A DNA stretch of 22,836 bases from an uncultured virus (IMG/VR IMGVR_UViG_3300034272_002779) (lineage: Duplodnaviria > Heunggongvirae > Uroviricota > Caudoviricetes). Positions 16,927-22,836 of the stretch are shown in pieces (within the stretch, counting starts at the first letter, position 1; each line of letters begins with the position of its first letter). The stretch lies in IMG/VR virus record IMGVR_UViG_3300034272_002779; one strand, written 5' to 3'. A model generated the notes under the pieces. The model worked only from the letters and a program-made list of their open reading frames with translations, made no database searches and was not told the DNA's origin. A program made the position numbers and the translations under genes.

Positions 16927-18587
16927 GAATCTTAAAAATAGAATGGAAAAACTTTTCCTCTTACGGTAATAAAAAACAAACATTAGATTTTCCTGAAGAA
17001 TCTTCTCTTTTCCAGATAGTTGGGGAGAACGGTGCGGGTAAAACCTCAATCTCTCAAGTCATAGCATTTGGACTGTATGGTAAAGTTGAGGGTAAAAAAC
17101 TAGGGGATATTCCTAATAGAATAAACGGTCATACATGGGTTAAGGTAGAATTCGAGAACAACGGAAAAATAGTTACTGTGGAAAGGGGATTAGAACCTTC
17201 TATATTCACCCTACATATAAACGGGATCCTTTATGATCAAGCTGGAAATAACAATGTACAGGATTATTTAACCAATGATCTTATAGGGATACCATATTAC
17301 GTTTTTAACAATACGATTTCTCTATCTATAAATGACTTTAAGTCGTTTATAAAAATGAGTCCACAAGATAAGAGAGCAATAGTCGATAAAATATTCGGAT
17401 TTCACATTTTAAATCAAATGAGGGAGATTCTTAAAGGAGAGAGTAAAAAGATCAAAGACGATTTAGTACTTATCCAAGGAAAAATCTCAACAGTAGATAG
17501 CAGTATAAACGAATCAAATAAAGAGATGGAGTCTTTAGTTGATGAGATAGAAAAGCAATCTAAGGAGAAGATTACTGAATTAAGCAATCTTTTAGATAAA
17601 TTTCTGGACCTTCAAAAAATACATTCCTCAAGAGTAGATGAATTCAAAGTGGAAGAAGAAAACTTAAAATCAATAAGTGATGAATCTACTAAACTTCTAA
17701 TCCAAACCAGAGCAGCATTTAATGATCTAGAGAGAAGGATTAAACTATATGAACTTGAAAAATGTCCCTCATGCGAGAGCGATCTTTCTGGATCGTTTCA
17801 TGAAAACATGAAAGAGAATTTAGGCCAGGAAAAAACAAAAGAGTCAGACAAATTAAAGGAATGCGAGGATGCTTTAATCCAAATAAAGGAATCTGAATCC
17901 GAGCTTAAAAATAGAAAAAAAGAATTAATAGATAAGGGTAACAAAATAGAGCTCAAGATAAAAGAAATCCAAGGTGAGATAAAAAGGACCGAAAATTTAA
18001 AATCAGGAAGCGAGCTTAAGAGTCTTGAAAAAATAATAAAAAACCTAAATGATTCCAAAGAAAAATTAAATCAGGATTCATTTAAGACCATCGATAAATC
18101 AAACTGGTTAAAAACTTTAGATGATATCTTAGGGGAGAAGGGAGTTAAACAAATGGCAATAAAAACAATACTTCCTTCGCTAAACGGGGAAATTTCCGAA
18201 TTGCTAATTGCTTTAAATTTAGATTATCGTGTTATTTTCGATGAGGAATTCAAGGCTTCCATATACCATATGGGAATAGAAATACCAACTCAAACTCTAA
18301 GTACTGGTGAAATGAAGAAAGTTGATTTTGTAGTTCTTATCGCTATTATGAAGCTAATGAAACTAAAGTTTTCCACTATAAACCTTCTATTTCTCGATGA
18401 ACTATTCAGCTCTGTGGATCCTGAGGGAGTAACCTCTATATTATCAATACTTAAGAAGAATTCTAGAGAAATGGGTTTAAATATCTTTGTGATAAATCAT
18501 GCACAGATGCCACATGAGATATTTGATTGGAAATTAGAGGTAACTAAAACTAATAATTTCTCATCCATATCATTAGATAAGTTCTAG
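16923..18587 (+). CDS. gp46: T4 gp46-like recombination ATPase (Rad50/SbcC)
   Basis: KNFSSYG, Walker A GENGAGKT, coiled coil with zinc hook CPSC, signature LSTGE, Walker B LLFLDE, D-loop SSVD, H-switch INH. Confidence 0.94.
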   Translation: MRILKIEWKNFSSYGNKKQTLDFPEESSLFQIVGENGAGKTSISQVIAFGLYGKVEGKKLGDIPNRINGHTWVKVEFENNGKIVTVERGLEPSIFTLHINGILYDQAGNNNVQDYLTNDLIGIPYYVFNNTISLSINDFKSFIKMSPQDKRAIVDKIFGFHILNQMREILKGESKKIKDDLVLIQGKISTVDSSINESNKEMESLVDEIEKQSKEKITELSNLLDKFLDLQKIHSSRVDEFKVEEENLKSISDESTKLLIQTRAAFNDLERRIKLYELEKCPSCESDLSGSFHENMKENLGQEKTKESDKLKECEDALIQIKESESELKNRKKELIDKGNKIELKIKEIQGEIKRTENLKSGSELKSLEKIIKNLNDSKEKLNQDSFKTIDKSNWLKTLDDILGEKGVKQMAIKTILPSLNGEISELLIALNLDYRVIFDEEFKASIYHMGIEIPTQTLSTGEMKKVDFVVLIAIMKLMKLKFSTINLLFLDELFSSVDPEGVTSILSILKKNSREMGLNIFVINHAQMPHEIFDWKLEVTKTNNFSSISLDKF

Positions 18588-18598
18588 TGAATATATAG
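18588..18598 (+). promoter_or_regulatory. Putative phage late promoter TGAATATATAG
   Basis: Lies exactly at the switch from replication to structural genes. The core ends 19 nt before TTG 18618. Confidence 0.55.
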
Positions 18599-18617
18599 AG
18601 GAAAGAATATAAAAGCT

Positions 18618-19547
18618 TTGCCTCTTCCTAAGAAATTTATAAGAAAAAGATTAATAGTTGCTAATCCCGAGGAACTGAAAAAGGAAGCACAGAAAACTCC
18701 TAGACAGGAGATGAAAGAAACTGAGCTCTCTAAGAATAAGATCCCACAGCTAACTAATTTTCCTGCTACTTCAATAGTACCGAGAACATCCGGTGCTGGA
18801 GCTTTAGGTATAGGTTATTTGAAACCTAGACCCAATATTGCTCAAACATACGACGTTCAACTTTCACCGCAGGGAAAGCCTATTGTAAGTAAACCTAAGC
18901 TTTATCTATATTTCTTTGTAAAATATGATAATATGGATGTTTCTATTGGTATTGGAAGGCATCTAAAATCTTTTAATGTGGTATTAACGTTAAGTCCAAC
19001 GACAGTGAAAAATGTTTCCGAGATGCTTGGTGTTTCTGCAGGAACAATTACACCTTTAACAAAGACTGAATATCTAAATAACTCGTTTGATCACCCCACT
19101 TACATTAATGATTCAAACACACCACTTCAAATAAGATATGCTGAAATTGCTATACTTAAACAGATAACTCCAGGTAGACTTGATAATATACCTTTAGGAT
19201 TCCCTGATTTTGATAGTACACCTGATGGAATAATTAATGTACAAGGTCCGATACCTTCAGCCCCTTATACTGATTTTACAAGTTCTACTGGAGCTACTTC
19301 TTCGGTAACAATAATTCCTGGTGGAACAGTCGGCTTTAAGGATACAACGGTAAACACACCTTGGCAATTTGCCCCTACTGGATGGTATTGGGAATTCGGT
19401 GCTTCTGCTTCGCCTACGGGGAGTACCCAGCAAAATCCAGTCGTAGCATATGGATCTACTGGAAGTTATACTGTAACCCTAACTGCTTCGAATTCAACAG
19501 GATCCACCACGAAAACAAAAACTAATTTTGTAATAGTAACTAATTAA
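18618..19547 (+). CDS. Putative virion protein with a C-terminal PKD (Ig-like) domain
   Basis: TDF..GGTVGFKDT..PTGWYWEFG..STQQNPVVAY..GSYTVTLTASN..TKTKTNFVIV is a typical PKD domain. Basic N-terminus. The TTG start is uncertain (alternative ATG at 18711). Confidence 0.75.
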   Translation: MPLPKKFIRKRLIVANPEELKKEAQKTPRQEMKETELSKNKIPQLTNFPATSIVPRTSGAGALGIGYLKPRPNIAQTYDVQLSPQGKPIVSKPKLYLYFFVKYDNMDVSIGIGRHLKSFNVVLTLSPTTVKNVSEMLGVSAGTITPLTKTEYLNNSFDHPTYINDSNTPLQIRYAEIAILKQITPGRLDNIPLGFPDFDSTPDGIINVQGPIPSAPYTDFTSSTGATSSVTIIPGGTVGFKDTTVNTPWQFAPTGWYWEFGASASPTGSTQQNPVVAYGSTGSYTVTLTASNSTGSTTKTKTNFVIVTN

Positions 19548-19548
19548 T

Positions 19549-20295
19549 ATGTCAGGATTTTTAGAAAAATATAACACGGACGAGGTATTCCTAAGAGGAT
19601 TAATAACATCGTTATTAAGATCATTAAACGATAAATTAAGGTATATCCAGATAAACGATCAGCAGGAAGTTTTAGAGGTCTTTATACCATTCTTTTATTC
19701 AATGACCGGGGATGAAGCATTCTTGCAGGATTTTTTTATGATTTATCAAAATTGTAAAACTGATAAACCTCTTGCAGAAGGAAATTATGATGTTTTACCG
19801 AGAGGTATAGTTTCTTATCAAGGATCTGATATTAATACAGGGGGTCTAGGTAATAAATTTACAAGAATGACCTACACCAGGGAGGATCTTCAAGGAGAGA
19901 TGAAGGCATATTCTTCGATGACTAACTCGATACCGCTGAATGTTACGTTCAATGTACAAATGAAAATAGACACCGTTTTAGACTCGTTTAAGATATATCA
20001 ATCGGTTATTCAGACTTTCTATAAGACGTACACATTTAGCTTCGAATACGACGGTTTTAGAATACCTGCACAAGTGGGATTTCCAGAGGCTTATGAGAAC
20101 ACTAAGCAATTTGAATTCACATATCAGAGCCAAGATTATATCCAATTCCAATTTTCCATACAGGTAGAAACATACTTACCAGAGAAGGATCTTGCAACCG
20201 AAAGATTTAGGGGTAATTTAATGCAGGCAGGAATTAGAATGCAGCAAGATGTTAGTAAAAGAACAGTAGGACCTAATAATAGAGAAATTCTGTAG
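19549..20295 (+). CDS. T4 gp15-like tail sheath stabiliser/tail terminator
   Basis: N-terminal helix FLRGLITSLLRSLN, IPFFY, LPRG, IPLNVTFNVQMK..DSFKIYQSVIQTF and a final strand FSIQVETYLP follow the gp15 family layout. Size (248 aa) fits. Confidence 0.65.
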   Translation: MSGFLEKYNTDEVFLRGLITSLLRSLNDKLRYIQINDQQEVLEVFIPFFYSMTGDEAFLQDFFMIYQNCKTDKPLAEGNYDVLPRGIVSYQGSDINTGGLGNKFTRMTYTREDLQGEMKAYSSMTNSIPLNVTFNVQMKIDTVLDSFKIYQSVIQTFYKTYTFSFEYDGFRIPAQVGFPEAYENTKQFEFTYQSQDYIQFQFSIQVETYLPEKDLATERFRGNLMQAGIRMQQDVSKRTVGPNNREIL

Positions 20296-20334
20296 TTTAT
20301 TTCGATCCTTTGCCACAGGATAGTATTTTCTTTT

Positions 20335-20345
20335 TGAATATATAG
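20335..20345 (+). promoter_or_regulatory. Putative phage late promoter TGAATATATAG
   Basis: An 11-mer identical to 18588-18598. Intergenic, ending 20 nt before GTG 20366. Confidence 0.55.
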
Positions 20346-20365
20346 CATAAATAATTCCATAGAAA

Positions 20366-20659
20366 GTGGCGAACAATAATGAATTAAACTTATTGCCTTT
20401 AACTTCTAGAATAATAGACGGAAGTAACAGCCAGACTCAGGATCAGCTTTATTTTGTTGGTACGGGTAAAAACTATGTCAGAAAATCGGATTCTCAGGAG
20501 TCTATCGATGTTAAATCATCAGGTAACTTCTACTTGAATCAGAACCCTTTGGGAAAAGCATTTAATGACATACTGGACGGAGGAGATTCTGGAAGCAACC
20601 AGCAATTCATTGCACCTGTAATAGGAGGTGTGTCACCAACTAGGAAAAGCGGAATTTAA
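20366..20659 (+). CDS. Small hypothetical protein in the structural block
   Basis: 97-aa ORF (GTG start) filling the gap downstream of the candidate promoter. Contains IIDG and ILDGGDS. Confidence 0.55.
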   Translation: MANNNELNLLPLTSRIIDGSNSQTQDQLYFVGTGKNYVRKSDSQESIDVKSSGNFYLNQNPLGKAFNDILDGGDSGSNQQFIAPVIGGVSPTRKSGI

Positions 20660-20674
20660 AAAAAATAGGAAGCA

Positions 20675-21472
20675 ATGGCTTTTAGAATACAAATAAGAAG
20701 AGATATTTCAGCTAAATGGTCTTTAAATAATCCCATTTTACTAGAGGGTGAAATTGGATATGAGACCAACACCACCTACATGAAAATAGGTGACGGGGTT
20801 ACTCCTTGGAATAACCTACCTTATTGGCAAGGTGGATTAACTGGTGCTGGATTGGTTGTAAAACAAAACGGTTCAACTGTACAATCTCCAACATCCAATC
20901 TTAATTTCTCTAATGATTTTGTAGTAGTAAGCGGAACTAATTACACAGCAACTGTCGGATTGGCTTCTTCGCCTAGTGGTACATCCCTCAATATATTCGA
21001 GGATGGAGTTGAGGGATTAACCGGAGCAACCGGACTTAATTTTACAGGAAGACCCGGTGCTGTAACCACTAATGGTAAAGTTGCCAATATAAACCTGTTA
21101 GATCCATATAATTCATATTTTTCTGTTACCGTTTTACTCAGTGGAGGTAACTTCTCCTCCTTCACTTCTTCACAAGGACCGGACGGAAATTCTTTAACTG
21201 GAGCTCCTTGGAATTTTACACTAACTAATAGTGGAAATAATATAACAGTAACCCATAATACGGGAGGTAAACCGATGAGTCTTGCAACTTATGGCACAAA
21301 TGCAAGTAATGTTTTTATTAGAAATCCTATTGGTATCTCTACTGCAGCTTTCTCGCTGGCTTCAAATCTTGCTTCTAGTGCATTTACTGTATATGGGATT
21401 AATCAAACCAATACAGGAGCAGATTTAGCGGGGACAGTTGAAATAGCTTGGATATTTGGAGCTACTGTTTAA
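20675..21472 (+). CDS. Fibre/appendage protein with an Mtd_N-like (major tropism determinant/hyaluronidase N-terminal) domain
   Basis: RIQIRRD..W..NPILLEGEIGYETNT..MKIGDG.TPWNNLPY is the characteristic phage fibre N-terminal module. The remainder is S/T/G/N-rich and likely beta-rich. Confidence 0.8.
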   Translation: MAFRIQIRRDISAKWSLNNPILLEGEIGYETNTTYMKIGDGVTPWNNLPYWQGGLTGAGLVVKQNGSTVQSPTSNLNFSNDFVVVSGTNYTATVGLASSPSGTSLNIFEDGVEGLTGATGLNFTGRPGAVTTNGKVANINLLDPYNSYFSVTVLLSGGNFSSFTSSQGPDGNSLTGAPWNFTLTNSGNNITVTHNTGGKPMSLATYGTNASNVFIRNPIGISTAAFSLASNLASSAFTVYGINQTNTGADLAGTVEIAWIFGATV

Positions 21473-21495
21473 TATATTATCCAAACGTAAAAAGA

Positions 21496-22836
21496 ATGGA
21501 TTTCGATAGAGCTTTAATATTTCCACCTAAACTTTTATATGGGTACACAGTATTCGGTAGTATTACTGTAGACGAGTCATATAATAGCCCAGGGAATCCC
21601 TATAATGGATTTCCGTATAGATGGCAAGTAAATATAAACGTCTCACTACAGCAGCACTCGAATCCTAATACACCAACCCCTTACGTATATGATGCTAATG
21701 ATATTACTGAGGGTATGTGGATCGGACAGATCAATGGTTATACCTATAAGATAGTAGAGATTGTATCTGTAATCGACTATGAGAATATAGTTGTAGTGAT
21801 AGAGGATACTGATTTTTTAAATTTGGTATCATCACCAGATCAAACTGGGAGTAATTCACCATATGTGGATCTACCACTTGTCATCTTTAATCTCGATGAT
21901 AACGGGAATCCAATACTAAATCCTATTCAGTCTCAAAGTAGTCAGTTACCTGATTACTCTTATTGGGTTAATGATATAGAATCTAGATTTAAATTTAGAA
22001 ACTACTATCAGAAATTCTTCTATATTTATCCAGGTGAAAATCCAACAGGATTAACCGGAGGAGATCCTGTTTATCTTGCCCCGAACTCAACATTTATTAA
22101 GGTTGATTCTACAAATCAAGATCAGGTTGATAAGATATTTGGATACGTTTCGGGTGGAAATCTTCCTTTACCTGGACATCTTACAGTTATGCCTTCTGGT
22201 AGATACGTCACAGATTTACCTGGATTAACAGGAGCAACTGGCGATGTGCTATATCTGAATACTGTTAGCGGAACAAATAATCTAACACCAACAAAACCAG
22301 CAACCGGACCGGTTAAACCTGTTTATCTTAAAATAACAGATACGTCTGCTATATTAATAAGTTCTGGTGGTGGATCTTCTAGTGCAGCACCATCTTCATC
22401 CTCAGGATCTAGCGGATCTTCAGGATCTAGCGGAGAAACTGGATCTTCAGGATCTAGCGGATCTTCAGGATCTAGCGGAGAAACTGGATCTTCAGGATCA
22501 TCTGGATCTAATGGATCTTCAGGATCTAGCGGATCTTCAGGATCTAGCGGAGAAACTGGATCTTCAGGATCTAGCGGATCTTCAGGATCTAGCGGAGAAA
22601 CTGGATCTTCAGGATCTAGCGGAGAAACTGGATCTTCAGGATCATCTGGATCTAATGGATCTTCAGGATCTAGCGGAGAAACTGGATCTTCAGGATCTAG
22701 CGGATCATCTGGATCTTCAGGATCATCTGGATCTAATGGATCTTCAGGATCTAGCGGAGAAACTGGATCTTCAGGATCTAGCGGATCATCTGGATCTTCA
22801 GGATCATCTGGATCTAATGGATCTTCAGGATCTAGC
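21496..22836 (+). CDS. Large structural/fibre protein, 3' truncated, with a Gly-Ser-Ser repeat region (absent from the ORF track)
   Basis: ATG at 21496 (MDFDRALIFPPKLLYGYTVFGS...). The frame stays open for 447 codons to the window end. About 300 aa of non-repetitive sequence are followed by (G-X-Y)48. Confidence 0.85.
   Translation, partial: MDFDRALIFPPKLLYGYTVFGSITVDESYNSPGNPYNGFPYRWQVNINVSLQQHSNPNTPTPYVYDANDITEGMWIGQINGYTYKIVEIVSVIDYENIVVVIEDTDFLNLVSSPDQTGSNSPYVDLPLVIFNLDDNGNPILNPIQSQSSQLPDYSYWVNDIESRFKFRNYYQKFFYIYPGENPTGLTGGDPVYLAPNSTFIKVDSTNQDQVDKIFGYVSGGNLPLPGHLTVMPSGRYVTDLPGLTGATGDVLYLNTVSGTNNLTPTKPATGPVKPVYLKITDTSAILISSGGGSSSAAPSSSSGSSGSSGSSGETGSSGSSGSSGSSGETGSSGSSGSNGSSGSSGSSGSSGETGSSGSSGSSGSSGETGSSGSSGETGSSGSSGSNGSSGSSGETGSSGSSGSSGSSGSSGSNGSSGSSGETGSSGSSGSSGSSGSSGSNGSSGSS
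22405..22836 (+). repeat. Coding tandem repeat of 48 x 9 bp (five unit variants)
   Basis: Units counted by hand: GGATCTTCA x17, GGATCTAGC x14, GGAGAAACT x7, GGATCATCT x6, GGATCTAAT x4. They encode GSS, GET or GSN and continue past the window end. Confidence 0.97.

Noticed and set aside
11905..18587. Inteins or introns in uvsX, helicase or gp46/47
   Set aside because: Lengths are ordinary, motifs are contiguous, and no intein splice-junction or homing endonuclease motifs were seen.
20305..20335. Terminator after the gp15-like gene (ATCCT-N7-AGGAT then T-rich)
   Set aside because: The stem is only 5 bp and is separated from the T tract, which is too weak to call.
114..21165. All minus-strand ORFs in the track (61-102 aa)
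   Set aside because: They lie antisense to well-supported + strand genes, are Phe/Ser/Ile/Leu-rich as expected for shadows of A-rich coding sequence, and carry no recognisable motifs.
20675..21472. Diversity-generating retroelement target suggested by the Mtd_N-like domain
   Set aside because: No reverse transcriptase and no template/variable repeat pair in the window. This N-terminal module is common in ordinary phage fibres.
20675..21472. Ten N-x-S/T sequons as evidence of N-glycosylation
   Set aside because: The protein is rich in Asn (about 29), Ser and Thr, so this count is not clearly above chance, and no N-glycosyltransferase was recognised.
22405..22836. CRISPR array
   Set aside because: Contiguous 9-bp in-frame coding units with no unique spacers, and no cas genes.
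1..22836. Stop-codon reassignment, as in some large phages
   Set aside because: Conserved genes are full length in the standard code, and TAA, TAG and TGA all end genes at sensible positions (e.g. gp46 ends TAG, gp47 ends TGA).
1..22836. Bacterial O-antigen/capsule locus or eukaryotic giant virus origin
   Set aside because: The UvsX, gp41, gp46/47, gp15-like and fibre genes point to a tailed T4-like phage. No wzx/wzy or NCLDV core genes are seen.

Overview
AT-rich, densely coding fragment with every credible gene on the + strand. It is best explained as part of a large T4-like (myovirus-type) bacteriophage genome. Four blocks: (1) 1-8697, a ten-gene glycan biosynthesis cluster (GT17-like glycosyltransferase, HddA-like GHMP sugar kinase, HAD phosphatase fused to a degenerate nucleotidyltransferase, SDR epimerase, two GT-A-like proteins, FkbM methyltransferase, GT10 fucosyltransferase, fcl, gmd), closed by an intrinsic terminator. 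(2) 8780-11734, three charged helical proteins with N-terminal L-x-E motifs, two sharing a peptidoglycan-binding-like C-terminus. (3) 11905-18587, a T4-like recombination/replication block (UvsX, gp41 helicase, probable gp33-like coactivator, gp47, gp46) with a second FkbM gene inserted. (4) 18618-end, virion genes (PKD protein, gp15-like tail terminator, Mtd_N fibre protein, and an ORF missing from the track that runs off the window in a 48-unit Gly-Ser-Ser collagen-periodicity repeat). Two candidate promoter motifs are visible: TGA(A)TATATAG before the putative late genes, and GAAA(C/T)-N18-TA(T/A)(A/G)AT before uvsX and fcl. The leading hypothesis is a phage-encoded virion glycosylation system that builds fucosylated, O-methylated glycans on Ser/Thr-rich fibres. 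All family calls come from motif recognition by eye; no searches were run.
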